In this document: positions 39,880 through 53,147 of the stretch, piece by piece | Position numbering within the stretch: position 1 is the stretch's first letter | How the letters are laid out: every line of letters starts with the position of its first letter | From: Octopus vulgaris | Taxonomy: Eukaryota | Direction of reading: 5' to 3' | DNA: 64,000 nucleotides | Assembly (NCBI GenBank): GCA_951406725.2 | Contig: OX597817.1 | Coordinates: 70,370,001 to 70,434,000, forward strand | Notes under the pieces: generated by a model | Database searches by the model: none | What the model saw: only the letters and a program-made list of their open reading frames with translations | What the model was told of the DNA's origin: nothing | Program-made: the position numbers and the translations under genes

Positions 39880-40265
39880 TGCAGGGATGGTTGTGTCATT
39901 AAGAAGCTCATTTTGCAAACCACGTGGTTTTGGGTTCAATCCCATTGTGCAGCCCCAAACTAACCAATGCCTGGTGATTGTATTTTGACAGAAACTGTAA
40001 GCTCATCATGTATATATGTATATATACAGACATATGTGTGTGTGTAGATCTTTGGGCTTGTATGTATCACATACACACCCATTCCTTGTTTAGCAGAGTT
40101 GGTTTGTTTATATCCCCTGTAACTCAGTGTTTTGATGACAGACACCTATAGAATAAGTTCCAGGCTGAAAAAGTAGTAAGTGCTGAGTCCAATTTTCTCA
40201 ACTAAAACCTTCAAAGCAGTGTCTCAGCATGACTGCAGTCCAATGAATACAACAAGATAATAAAA
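39880..40265 (+). mobile_element. SINE family A, diverged
   Basis: CAAACCACGTGGTTTTGGGTTCAATCCC..CAGCATGACTGCAGTCCAATGA. Confidence 0.75.
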
Positions 40266-40761
40266 AAAAGGTACGTATATGTGCATGTGAGATGGATCTA
40301 GCGTGGACAAATGGTTAAGAAGTTCAATCCAGGATTTGATCTTACAATTGGAATATTGGGCAAATGTGTTTACAACTGCCTCAAGTTGACCAGAGCCTTG
40401 CATGTGAAACTATGCAGGGTCTATATAGAATTGTACTTGTAATTAAGAGTATGGTACAGCCTTACCACAAATTGTGTCATGATGAATCTATCTGAGAATT
40501 AATTTAAGAATACACACGTCTGTGGAATATTCAGCCACTTATATGCTAATTTGATGTCACCCTGCTATGATCCATTCAGCTGTAAATGGGCAACTCTGTG
40601 ATGGGCTAGCCTTCCAATCGGGAAAATAATTGGCCTGCTTGCCTAGCCAGTGAAGTGGTATTATTTGAAAGTTAAAATGATGCAAAATGCATTGTGAACA
40701 GTGATATATAACAACTTCTGATAGTCTAGTCGATCATGTGATCACATGATATACATGTATA

Positions 40762-40832
<71 letters not shown>

Positions 40833-42604
40833 AAGAGGGGGGTGCTGTCTTTTATCTGAGTGGCTATTGTGAAAGTTGTCACGGTTGTTGATTAACTCTC
40901 AGGTCAACTCTGATGAAGCAAACCTATGATCAAAAATATTCTAGATGACTGTTCTGTCTTTTTAAAGAGACCTAACACTACTCCATCTAATTTATCCTTC
41001 ATTGCTTAAAATAGTAGGTATCATTTTAGGGAGACTTGGCTGTTGTTTCAAATAGCTTCAATGACTATGTAGAGATGCAGGCTCATGGCCCCCTTGAGTG
41101 ACAGTATTTGTCTGTATTATTGATGATGATGTGTGTGAGAGAGAGACAGAGAGAGAGCACTGAGACTGTTTGTTGAACATATACATGAGCACATGAAAGT
41201 CACTGCTAGTGTTACTCAACTTAAATCACCCTTTCTCTCGTTGTTGAAGAAGGAAAAAGCAATGGTGCTATGCCATCCTACAACAAACTGAACTGCATCT
41301 TATCTTATCTCATCTAAATTAATTCTCTTTCTAATTAGTTGTACTATAATTATTTCTGCTACTTTCATAACTTGGTCCATCTGTTTGATGTCTCTGAAGT
41401 TATTTCTGCTTGGATTATTTCTTTTGCTTTATAGCAACTGATGACGATACTACAATGCCAGGCGCTGTTATGATTCCCTGCAACACCTGACAGACTATTT
41501 GACTGACTAGCATGCGGCCTACTTTGTCGGATATTTTCTCAGGGATTATCTATCTCTGATGGTCTGACTGCATTCTCAGTCTTCACAGTCTTAATTGCTT
41601 TTTTGACCATGCAGCTGTGAAGTTCAATGGCCGGTCCTTCTACTGTCTACTTTAGATAGAGCCAGTCTTCCCTGAGTATTCTCTTCATTCATCAACCTCT
41701 CATAGTGATACTTTTGTGTCTCCTGCTTCTCAGCATCAGGGAGGGCAAGTAAGCTGCTAACATTACATACTCACTTTCCCCAGCAACATTATGATTTGCA
41801 CTGGCATACTGTTGTACAATCCAAAACACCACACACGTCTGATCCTCTCATTACAGAACATTACCAAACCTCTCATTACCAGTTTCTCTCATTGCCGTGC
41901 ATATCTGATATCTTCAAGATACCTACTATCATTCCACCAACACACACACTCACCTTTCTTCCAATTTATTCAGCCTGTCTTTTAGCTTTTAAAACTTTAT
42001 CAACTATATAATTCCTTCATCATGTCATTTTCTGTCTGGCTAGAACCATTCTCCACCTACAGATCTGACCTGTAGCTTAAAGCAGATTGTTTCATAGTAA
42101 CTCCATGTTGCCCTCTATACTATAAATTTCTATCTCCTCCTCCACTTTATCATGTGATAACTGCAGTTTCTTTGAAACTGTGCCTAGATCTTTCAGCTTC
42201 CATACCTTCTTTATCTAGACTTCCTTCTGGTCTCTTAGTCTATCTAACTTTTATTTCAAGGTTACTAATCACTGAAAGTATTTAATACTTAGAAAACAGC
42301 AGATTAATATTTCAAATAATTTCAGCTTAAAACTAACTATCACCCCAAACGTAAGTGTATTGTAAATTTTCTAAATAATATCCTTAATTCAATTACATTT
42401 CTGTGCTTAGTTCAAGACGTTATCTTTATGGATAGGTTTATTTTTGAAGAAAATTTACCACAATCAGATTCTTTAATTACACTCTTTTCATAAGTGATTC
42501 AATTCTACAGAGTTAAGTTGGGACATAAACAATTTGTATCAAAGTAGGTTCATAAAACACACAGCAAAACTAATGAAAAATGCACTACCACTACTATACA
42601 CCCA

Positions 42605-43596
42605 CCATCATCATGATTCTCGGCGTCTAATGTCCGCTTTCCATGCTGGCATGGGTTGGACGGTTTGACTGAAGGCTGGCAAGCCAGAAGGCTGCACCAG
42701 GCTACAATCCAATATGGCAAAGTTTCTACAGCTGGATGCCCTTCTTAATGCTAACCACTCCAAGAGTGTAGTGGGTGCTTTTTACGTCCCACCAGCATGA
42801 GGGCCAGTCAGTCAGTCAGTCACTGACCACACTTGAATGGTGCTTTTTACATGTCACTGGCATGGGAACCAGTCAGGTGCAACTGGCAATGACCACACTC
42901 AAATGGTGCTTTTTACATGCCACCGGCATGGAACCAGTCAGGCAGCACTGGCATCGACCACGCTTGAATGGTGCTTTTTACATGCCAATCAGGCTGTAAT
43001 GTCATCGGCCATGACAATAACTTCACTTGCCTTAACAGGTCTTTGCAAGCACAGTTTATTGCCATATGATTAAAGGGTACTCTTAAATGGGCTGGTTATG
43101 GTCTCACTTGGCTTGCCAGGTCTTCTCATGCACAGTATATCTCCAAAGGCCTTGATTACTTGTCATTGCCTCTGTGAGGCCCAGTGTTCAAAGGTCGTGT
43201 TTCACCACCTCATCCCAGGTCTTCCTGGGTCTACCTCTTCCACAAGTTCCCTCTACTGCTACTTTTACACACAGCTGCCCTCATCTATAGGTAACACATG
43301 ACCATACCAGTGCAGACGTCTCTCTTGCACACCACATATGATGCTTCTTATGTTCAACTTTTCTCTCAGGGAGCTTACACTCTGCCATGTATGCATACTG
43401 ATATTACACATCCAGCAGAGCTTACTAGGTTCATTACTTGCAAGCTTACACATGTCCTCAGCAGTCACAACCCATGTTTCACTGCCATGTAGCATGGCTG
43501 TTGACACATATGTGTCATACAGTCTACCTTTTACTCTGAGTGAGGGGCCCTTTGTCACCAGCAGAGGTAGGAGCACTCTGAACTTTGGTAAATTTA
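42605..43596 (-). mobile_element. 5'-truncated RTE-clade LINE: RT C-terminus plus ~500-bp 3' UTR (family C)
   Basis: KFRVLLPLLVTKGPSLRVKGRLYDTYVSTAMLHGSETW..QERRLHWYGHVL..GRGRPRKTWDEVVKHDL; UTR with tandem sub-repeats and (GAT)n tail. Confidence 0.9.
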
Positions 43597-43597
43597 A

Positions 43598-43870
43598 GCA
43601 ATGATATTTCAACCATATTTATTCGTTCAGAAATATAGGAAAGAAGAATGCAACAAATCCAATTACATCTGGAACTTAAAAGAACATAATACTACATTCA
43701 ACAAATTGAAGATCCTCAAGAGGTGCAAGCAACACAAAAATAATATAAGTTTCGGGTTATGCATAACTGAAAAGAACCTCATACTCCTAACATCCTTTGT
43801 ACGTCCATAGACAATCTAAACATCAGATCAGAGGTCTTCACCAAATATTAGCACTTTGACAATTATCTAC
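43598..43870 (+). mobile_element. Penelope-like element C-terminal relic
   Basis: SNYIWNLKEHNTTFNKLKILKRCKQHKNNISFGLCITEKNLIL..NLNIRSEVFTKY*H fits the PLE pattern S.YIW.LK..W.IL..C.LC..EK..I..LN.RSE...CRH. Confidence 0.75.
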
Positions 43871-44345
43871 TGAAATACTTTAAGATTATATACCCACCAG
43901 ATTAGACAGTACCGGGAGGAATGAGACATTCCTGTTCTCTATTGTAAAGTCATTGATTTTATATGATTAATCTCTGCTGGTAACTCACAATAACATATTT
44001 TTAACTCATTAACTTTCCATATCCATTAGCATATAACAATTTATCTAAAATTCCTAAAACTTTACCCATATATGATGAGTTCCTCATCCACTTTTAACTA
44101 ACCCAAAGTAAGTTACTCACTGAACAATAAACATTAACACATCATAAATAACACCTTTTATCCTATTCTTTACACCAAAATGCAATACTACAAACCAATA
44201 TAAAGGAATATCAATTTCCACATGCTGGTGATATTTGAGTAATAGGCTCAAAATTTTTATCTGATAGTTAGTCAGCATTCTTGGCTAACCATTAGACAGA
44301 ATGTATGTGTGCCTGTGCATATAGATGTATGTATGTGTGTGTGTA

Positions 44346-44916
44346 CAGACATGCAGGAAATAGACACCTTTAATTTGCAAAATTTCTGAACTAAGCATCT
44401 TAATATGTTTTCAGCAGTATAGAATTTACAATGTACTTATTCTTTTTCATTCCAAGTGCCATTATATTAAACACTTGCAAAGAGTAACCATGCCATGCAC
44501 AAAAACTTCAGCAGAACTGTCAGATTTTCAAAGAGGCCATATTGTTGGGCAATATGAGACTGGTCTTAGCCAGTGAAAAATTGCCGAAAATCTTCAAATT
44601 CTTTTTGCTTCTGTTAATAGAATTAAAGAGCAATTCAAAAGCCAAGGAAAAAATTCAACAGATTCTCATCCCAGCCGACCTGGGCCCTCAGAAAGGAAGC
44701 TTTGCTGTTTGAAGAGAATTGTGGTAAACGAACCCCGTTTGAAGGCTTCTGATATTGCAAAACAGCTAGAAGTTAGTCCAAGAGCATGTGTTACATATCT
44801 GCTTAAGCTTGGGTATTATGGACAAGCAGCTAGAAGAAAACCTCTCCTTCAACCAGTTAATTATCAACTAAAAGATTTTGAAAATTAAAGGTGTCTACTT
44901 ACTTCCTGCGTGTCTG
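44346..44916 (+). mobile_element. Internally deleted Tc1 element with both TIRs
   Basis: Left CAGACATGCAGGAAATAGACACCTTTAATTT matches right (rc) CAGACACGCAGGAAGTAAGTAGACACCTTTAATTT; from ATG 44490 MPCTKTSAELSDFQRGHIVGQYETGLSQ*KIA..LGYYGQAARRKPLL. Confidence 0.85.
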
Positions 44917-44922
44917 TGTATG

Positions 44923-44966
<44 letters not shown>

Positions 44967-45012
44967 CTGAACTCAGTGACTACTACCCAATTCAGGCCAC
45001 AACATATAGTAG

Positions 45013-45205
45013 GGATGTTCTTGAAGGCAAAGATTTCAAACTTACGGAGACAATATTTACATATTGACTGAAGAAACACAACTAGATCTCATAATGCAGG
45101 GAAACAATTGCATAATCAAGTACCTGCACTCCTGGAGAACTACATCATGTAGAAATAATTGTAAGGATTAAAAAATAAATGTCCAATCACACCCTTCTTG
45201 TTGAC
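45013..45205 (+). repeat. Dispersed repeat, PLE-terminus-like; homologue at 52257-52440 (-)
   Basis: Shared CTGA(A/G)GAAACACAACTAGAT..CCTGGAG.ACTAC..AAATAATTGTA..AAATAAATGTCCAA. Confidence 0.7.
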
Positions 45206-45239
45206 TCCAATTTTTTCAATTATACATATACATATAGGT

Positions 45240-45580
45240 AAACAATTGCAGCTTGGGAGGTGTTTATAAGCCATTTAAGAAATACACAAAGGCGTTAGAT
45301 TCACTTCAACATTTAAATTCAATTTGTCAAAATATTTTCCTTGCTTTGAGACCATGACCTATTCACCGACAAAATTCCGTGCTGCACTGAATTTTGTCAG
45401 TGAACAGGTTGTGGTCTTAAAGCGACGAAAATATTTTGACAAATTAAATTTAAATGTTGAAGTGAATCTAACAGTCTTTGTGTGTTTCTTAAATGGCTTA
45501 TAAACACCTTCCACGCTGCAATTGTTTTTGTTCCAGTACATCATCTCAGATCACTTGCTATGCAAGTACATCTCCATAAT
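45240..45580. mobile_element. Fold-back PLE-like terminal element (143-bp arms, 1-nt loop, one-sided extension)
   Basis: 45240-45382 is the reverse complement of 45384-45527. Confidence 0.85.
45390..45445 (+). ncRNA. Variant minimal hammerhead fold with G3:C8 swapped core
   Basis: TTTGTCA-GTGAACA-G-GTTGT[GGTCTTAAA]GCGAC-GAA-AATATT-T-TGACAAA. Confidence 0.6.
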
Positions 45581-45909
45581 ATTTTTATATATGTGTGTGT
45601 ATATATATATAGAGAGAGGGGGGGGTGAAAAAGAGAGGGAGAGTGAGTCACAAATATGCACATGCATGTGATTGTGAATGCATGCACATGTGTATATATG
45701 TGTATACTACCTGTATTTTTCCCATACCACGGTTTCATTCTACTAACCAGAAATATGGATACATCACTCTTAAGTAAAATCAGCTGTAGTGGTCAAAGTA
45801 ATACACTGTTATTCTTAGCAGGTCAACTAATGCATATAGGTCTCAATACATTTGTGGTATTTCAAGTAAAATGTATTTAAATCCATCAGAAGATAAGTAC
45901 CAATAGTTT

Positions 45910-46130
45910 AAAATATTGGTTTCAAATTCTGGCACAAGGCCAGCAAGTTCAGTGGATGGCGTAAGTCAATTACATTGACCCCAGTATTCAACTGGTACTT
46001 ATTTTATGAACCCTCAAAAGGGATGAAGAGCAAAGTTGACCTTGGTGAAATTTGAACTCAGAACGTGAAGATGGAAGAAATGCTGCTAAGCATTTTGCCC
46101 AGTGTGCTAACGATTCTTCCAGCTCACCAA
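45910..46130 (-). mobile_element. SINE family B
   Basis: Reverse complement of the 2302-2532 head and centre. Confidence 0.75.
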
Positions 46131-46456
46131 CTGTTTAAAATATTGGTTACATTTCTGCTTTAGTTGGTTATATAAGTCATCTTTATAAAGATGGATATGG
46201 TTCATCATCATCATCATCATCATCATCTAACATTCACTTTTCTATGGTTGCATGAGTCGGATGGAATTTAATGTAGATCTACAGTGGGATGCTCTTCCTG
46301 TCATCAACTCACACCTGTTTCCAAGCAAGCTAATATTTCCCCATGGCCAGAGATGTTTCCCATAGAAGATAAGAAAGAAACATCTCTTGCATGATGGTGA
46401 AGCTAATTTATAACCATCACATTGTAAATGAGCACACATGTATGCACGCACGCGCG

Positions 46457-46508
<52 letters not shown>

Positions 46509-46829
46509 CTTCTTTCAGTTTCTGTCTAGCAAATCCGTTGAAAGGTTATAATAGATAAAACTAGCCCAAGGTGCCACACAGTGACACTGAAAGTGACACC
46601 ACATAGTCGGAATGCAAGCTTCTAAACAAAAACAGTTTGTATCAGAGTAGACCCAGTGTAGCCATTAAATCACATACCCATTGTTATAAACACTTTGAAT
46701 TTATTACTATTTTGTAATAATAGTATTATATACACTTTTAGCAATTAAAGATTTTTGCCATACATCACAAACTGATCACTGGTACACTACTTCAGAGATA
46801 CCAACCAAGTCACCAATGAAACCTGATAA

Positions 46830-47224
46830 TCTATTATATAAAATCTGTTCTGTCTGTCTGTGTGTGTGTGTGTCTTCTAGGATCTCGGGCATCCTGCATC
46901 CGATTGCGCTCAAATTTGATATATAGATACCGACGGTATCAAGGCATATTTAAGTCTTGAAAAAATTACAAAAATCGATTCCAGGTGAGAATGCGACCGA
47001 TAAAGCCGTGGGAACATGCATTTGTACAAGCAATAAAATCGTTTTTCTTTGGAATAGAAAAAAGTCTCTTTATTTCTTCTTTTGCTGGTGTCTCAAATTT
47101 AGGTTAAATCAGTGTTCCTCAAAGGGGAGGCCTATGGGACGGTCGGACAAGTTGTTTTGAGAAAATTTGGTTCAAATGTTTGACAACTCAGCACCGTCCA
47201 TTGGACGGGGGTACGTTTTGCTCG
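46830..47224 (+). mobile_element. Non-autonomous Helitron
   Basis: A|TCTATTATATAAAA 5' end, (GTCT)n(GT)n, 3' hairpin CCGTCCA-T-TGGACGG (47194-47208), then CTCG|T (canonical CTRR); inserted between A and T with no TSD. Confidence 0.7.
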
Positions 47225-47544
47225 TATATAACTATAACAATAAAGTAACAGAAAACACAACAGTGGTATGTATGTTTTTAATGGCTAAAACAATTCTATC
47301 ACAATCCAATTATAATAACAATTGAAGTAGTGACTATCTAGATGAGCCATGGGAAAATTGCAGCTCATAGGACTTTCTGAATGGCATGCCCAATGAAAAA
47401 TTACCTTAAAATTTTTTGGTGGTGTGACTCCCCTCTCCCACCTGATGATTAAGCCATGCCTTGTGTGGCTCTCTTCTCAACAAAAAAAAAAGGGTTGCCC
47501 ATATCTAATATAAATATTACCACACTTTACCAAAATCCAGCTGG

Positions 47545-47920
47545 TGGGTATGTGATGAGAAGTTTGCTTCCCAACCATATGGTTCTGGGTTCAGTCCCAC
47601 TGTGTGGCACCTGGGGCAAGTGTCTTCTACTATAGCCTCGGGCCGACCAAAGCCTTGTGAGTGGATTTGGTAGACGGAAACTGAAAGAAGCCCATCATGT
47701 GTGTGATCGTCTGCATGTGTCTTTGTGTCCATGGTTGTCACTCACCACCACTTGACAACCAGTATTGGTGTGTTTATGTCCTCATAACTTAGCAGTTTGG
47801 TAAAAGAGAATAATTACCTGCCTTTAAAAAATGTACTGGGGGATCAATTTATTTGACTAAAAATTCTTCAAAGCGGTGCCCCAGCATGGCCACAGTAGAA
47901 TGACTGAAACAAGTAAAAGA
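47545..47920 (+). mobile_element. SINE family A, full length
   Basis: Best-preserved copy of the family A head and tail. Confidence 0.9.
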
Positions 47921-48662
47921 TACTGTCACATTTGCCTGCCAAATAGATTTCTCACCACAGTGTCCAGTGGCAATAACTAGTTATTTAGATTTCAACACTA
48001 GTACAATCTGTTATCTGTGATGAAAAGCTTCTGAACAATGCGATGATGTGTAACACACTAAAAAGGTATTTAACCATCAAATATGCAATTATCAGCAACA
48101 CCAAAGGTTTCTTTCCACCACCACCCCTACTATATTTCTATAAAAACACAGCTGTTAAAATTTATGTAGAACTAGCTTAGAAGCCACACCCCGTGTGGAC
48201 TTTCAGGCTGGCTCCTGCAGAGGGCTAATTGGGCCTGTGGCCCAAAACTATAGAGAGCTAATTAGCATGACTATAATATGTCTATAATGACTATATTCAC
48301 CAGTGGTGCTTGATTGGATGTTAAGGACTGATGAGAATTAATTCTGTAATGCAATCATTCTATTGTTTCAGTCCCAAACTGAAATCCAACTGTTGGCCAA
48401 TTTATCCCAAAGTCCTTAGCTTGATGTAAAATTAATGAAGCAAATGTCATTTATCTCCCCCCTTTGATTTCTGATGTCATCTGACAAACGTCAACCAAAA
48501 TGGCATGAATCAGCCAAGCTTTACCTACTAGAAATAGCAACCCAAATGCTTTTAAATCAGATCCCAATGCTGGATGTTCTAGAACCAAGGGCAGATATTC
48601 AATCTTGGGATCATCCAGATTTCAAAATGGTATAATATGTCGATGTAGATCAAATGTAGACT

Positions 48663-48742
48663 GAGTCACAGGAGTCCCAGACAGACAGAGTTACAGGAGT
48701 CCCAGACAGACAAACTAAGTTACAGGAGTCCCAGATAGACAA
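48663..48742 (+). repeat. 3x tandem repeat AGTTACAGGAGTCCCAGACAGACA
   Basis: Units at ~48663, 48688 and 48717. Confidence 0.9.
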
Positions 48743-48971
48743 AACTGTTAAAATCAAACTGCACTCTTCAAAACCTGCACAAAGAGTAAAGACAAGGTAA
48801 AATTACTACCTGCTGTAATATAGCAACTTGATGCAGGTAGTTTATCTATTATTATAGAAGAAAGGTGTGGCAACATATACCAGTAATACATGGGTATGAT
48901 GTACTGTGGAACTGTATAGCAGATCTCTGCACAATGAGTCAAGTATGGTTTGTAGGATGTACAATATTAAC

Positions 48972-49203
48972 TTAACCCATTAGCAATCAAATTATGCTAT
49001 TACTTTCTCAAATGTAATATTTGTTCACATCATTTTGAATTAATCATACATTATCTTCTAGCTTTGAGATTTCAATGATGTAAGTGTATATTTTTAGAAT
49101 GACATTGTAAGATAGGTGTGAGATGCCAGATCTGGCCAGTTTGAACAGAAAGTAGGTAAAACATTTGGGCTGAATATGGGTAGTTTAAATGCTAAAGGGT
49201 TAA
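48972..49203. mobile_element. piggyBac-type MITE (family P2)
   Basis: TTAA-CCCATTAGCA..TGCTAAAGGG-TTAA. Confidence 0.85.
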
Positions 49204-49245
49204 ATGAAAGGGTAAACATTAATAAGCTGAGAGAGTTGCTACATA

Positions 49246-49472
49246 TTAACCCTTTTGTTATCATGTTTCTGTTGACATAGTTTTTGCTTCAATTAAATTT
49301 TGTAAATAATGAAGATTTTAGTAAAATAACTCACTCATTGTTAAGCTGGTGCCTGGAACACAAATTATCATAAAATTTTGATGGAAGACTATAATTTAGA
49401 TCACTTTAAAACAATGAGCTTCTATCATAGGACCGAGGATGGTTTCAGGCAAGCTAGTATCAAAAACATTAA
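49246..49472. mobile_element. piggyBac-type MITE (family P1), right TIR decayed
   Basis: TTAA-CCCTTTTGTTA start; colinear with 12926-13153. Confidence 0.7.
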
Positions 49473-49839
49473 AGGCAATAGAATGATGATGCACATGCAC
49501 GTGGAGATGACTGTTCAGCTGTGGTCATATGATAGGGATTTAGACTGAAAGGTAAAAAAAGAACCGACTATGAGCAATAAGGTTGAGGAATACAATGTGG
49601 AAAGATTGAACCTGAGGTTGTTTAGCATTGTGAACGAGAGATGCTAGAGGACAATTCAGGTTTTTCTCCAGTGTAGTTCCGATAAGAGTCACCCTATCAA
49701 AATTATTGATCAAACATATTCGGTGCTTGTAGTTTTGTCAGTGAAGCAAAACTGTTGATGAGGTCTACTATAGATAAAATAACAATAACATCTGTACAAA
49801 CACTAACACATGTCGTCCATGGAAATTCTAATTTTTATA

Positions 49840-49891
<52 letters not shown>

Positions 49892-50295
49892 TAGGCATGT
49901 GTGTGTATGTGTATATATATATATATATATACATACACTCACACACACACATGCATACATATGTACATGTATTTTTCCAGGACAGCAGAAAGCTCTTCTT
50001 CAGAATCATAACAAAATATTGACCTAACATTCAAGCGACATACTGGAAAAATAAGTGAATAGGGTAAGACTAAAATTACCCCCAAAGCAAAATATACTAA
50101 AAAAGAAAAAGAAGAAAAAAACTAGGGGTCCGAGGAAACTAGTGATAATCTGAATCAGTAAAAACCATTTAAACATTTTGGAACTTCATTTTTAAATGAA
50201 ATATATTTATTGCCTTTGTGTTTTAATTAATCAAGATATTGGGGTGGGGATGGGGTAATTTAGTAAAATAATGTTTTTTTTTTTTATTATTAGTA

Positions 50296-50515
50296 GGTGA
50301 AGGCAGTGAACTGGCAGAACTGTTGACATGCCAAACAAAATGCTTAGTGGCATTTCATCTGCTTTTGCATTCTGAGCTCAAATTCCACTGAGGTCGACTT
50401 TGCCTTCCATCTTTTCAGGGTTTCAATAAAATAAGTACCAGGTGAGCAATGTAACTGACTTACTCCCTCCCTTCAAAAACAGCAGACCTTGTGCCAAAAT
50501 TTGAAGCCATTATTT
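50296..50515 (+). mobile_element. SINE family B
   Basis: GAACTGGCAGAA..GAGGTCGACTTTGCCTTCCATCTTTTCAGGG..AAGTACCAG. Confidence 0.75.
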
Positions 50516-51445
50516 TGTATGTGTTTGGAAGCTAGCTTAGCAAAAACTCCTTACAGGAAATTATGCAGTAGGACTTTAAACATTAAGGGTCTTGTATCAC
50601 AAAATGAGAAGTAGTCTCAAATGACCAGGTGAGAATAACAAGGTATTTTGAGGAGGTGAAAGATCATCATCACCATCATCATCATCATCATCCTCAACAT
50701 GCATGTTCCATGGTGGCATGGGTTGGGTGGTTCAACAGCATCCAGTGGGCCAAGGATAGCATCATGCTCCAGAGTGTTTGGCATGGTTTCTATGGTTGGA
50801 TGCCCTTCCAAACATCAACCAATTTATTGTGTATACTGGATGCTTTTTTTCTTTCTTTTTCTTTTTTTTTTTTTGTGCACCCAGCACCAATGAGGTTTCC
50901 ATGCAGCTTGCAAGATTAAGAAAACTGCAAGTGGGGTGAGGGTAACAGTATGCTAAGGGAACACACAGTAAAAAGGGGTAAAATATGAGAGACAGGGGCC
51001 AGTGCAAAGCAGACATCTTGCTGAAAGGGGTGCTACATGACTTCCCACATTCCAAATGAGAATGTGATGGAAGGTAAAGATGGAAATTGGTGATGTGATG
51101 CCAGAGTGCTACCATACTATCATGGACGACAGATGATGATGATAATGATGACTAGGAGTATTGCTAGTTATGACATACAGAGCAAATTGAGAAGAAATTA
51201 TGATAAACACAAGTTTGTATTATTCGTTCCTATGTACACTTACTGCATTATGTTACAGAAAGTATTCCCTATTGACCTGTTGTGGTTAAGCATCCAATTG
51301 CACTCAGAACTTCTAATCCAAAGTCCAAGACAACCACAATGGTGAAATGTATAGGAACAAATAATATCAACTTGCATTTATTGCAATTTCTCATGTGTAT
51401 GTATATGTATACACAGGGACAAGCAAATATATATATAAATACATA

Positions 51446-51518
<73 letters not shown>

Positions 51519-51799
51519 TTACATGTCCCTGTGACTCTGTATTATATCGTGTGTTACTTTATCTCCCATAACTTAGTGGTTCAACTTACAGACCTGAAAG
51601 GCAAAATAAGCACTAGACTGGAATATATATTAGGATTCATATGATCGAGAAGACACAGACAGAGCTGTATGTTTGAGAAGCTCACTTTGCAACAATGTGG
51701 TTTCAGGTTCAATCCCAATGTGAAGTACCATGGCCAAGACTCTTCTATTATAACCTGTTATAGTAGAGAGGTAGTAGCACAACATGCATATATATATCT

Positions 51800-51995
51800 T
51801 TTATCTTTTACTTGTTTCAATTGTTTGACTGTGGCCATGCTGGGGTGCCACCTTGAATGGTTTTAGTTGAACAAATCAATACTAGGACTTATTTTTTAAA
51901 GTCTAGTACTTATTATATCGATTTGTTTTGACAAACCCCTAAGTTACGGAGACGCAAACACACCACCACTGGTTGTCAAACAGTAGTGGGGAAAA
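51800..51995 (-). mobile_element. SINE family A, 3' half
   Basis: CTTTTACTTGTTTCA..GGCCATGCTGGGG..TAAGTTACGG. Confidence 0.75.
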
Positions 51996-53072
51996 AATAC
52001 AAGACACACACTCATATATATATATATATATTGCAAATAAGAAAATGGAGAAGCACATTAGTTGGTTCATCAACTTTAGGACATTAAAATGTTGACTTAT
52101 TTATTTATCAGAACGACAACCATAATAACATACATACATATAGTATATTATTCAATCCATATAAAATAGGAATACAAGCAGTTATTAAAAAACATGGATA
52201 TAGCTTATCAAAATCACTTACAGCCTATAGATAATAGCAACTCATTGTGCCTATATTAGTCAAGAAGGAGTACAGTTGGACATTTATTTGCAATCACTAC
52301 AATTATTTTTATGCAACGTAGTCCTCCAGGCTTGCAGGTATTTGGTTATGTAACCATTTTCCTGCAGTATGAAATCTAGTTGTGTTTCCTCAGGTGACAT
52401 ATAAATACTGTAAGTTCAAATTCTCGACTTCAAGAGCATCATATCTGTCTGTCATAGCCTGGTGTTAGTAGTAGCCACTTAATTGTATCAAGAGAAGTAT
52501 TGTGGCTAAAGGCCTATTGGCAAACTGTACTCTACCACATTCTTAAACATAATTATATAACATAATTATTTACACATACACATTCACACATACTATACAA
52601 TCATCTCCTGCAGTTTCTCTATGCCAAAATCCACTCATTCATTTAGTCATCTGTATGTGTGCATGTATGGATATATGTATGGGCAGGTTTGTGCATGTGT
52701 GAATTAGTAGATTCTGCACTGAAGTGAAAAATCACTGAATTATGAACAATATTGTTGTCTCTTGTCATTTCTTTGTCGATAAATCAATTGTCAGTTCTGC
52801 ACTTTCAATGAAAGTCAGTGAAACTAAAAACTCACTCACTTGAAAAGCAGGTAAAGGCATCCGGTTCAAAAACAATACCTTAACAATACGTATTAGTCTA
52901 ACGAAGTGTTTTAAAGATGGAGTTCACATGGTTGAGCCCATGTGAGCCCCATCTAAACCCGTACTAGTTTGGAAAATAGGTAAAATACAAATGAATGGAC
53001 AAATGATCAACTAAAACTCTTGAAGATGGTATTTAAGGATCACCACATCACCATCCTCATATAACATCATCA

Positions 53073-53147
<75 letters not shown>

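Noticed and set aside
41380-42300. Possible ancient LINE relic (similarly 24190-24640 and 30440-30800)
   Set aside because: Composition suggests decayed coding TE sequence but no diagnostic motif could be read
48325-48375. CTGATGA followed by a small hairpin as a hammerhead
   Set aside because: No GAAA after the hairpin and no stem III or NUH triplet
48663-48742. CRISPR-like array (also 36820-37105)
   Set aside because: Eukaryotic context, no unique spacers and no cas genes; simple minisatellites
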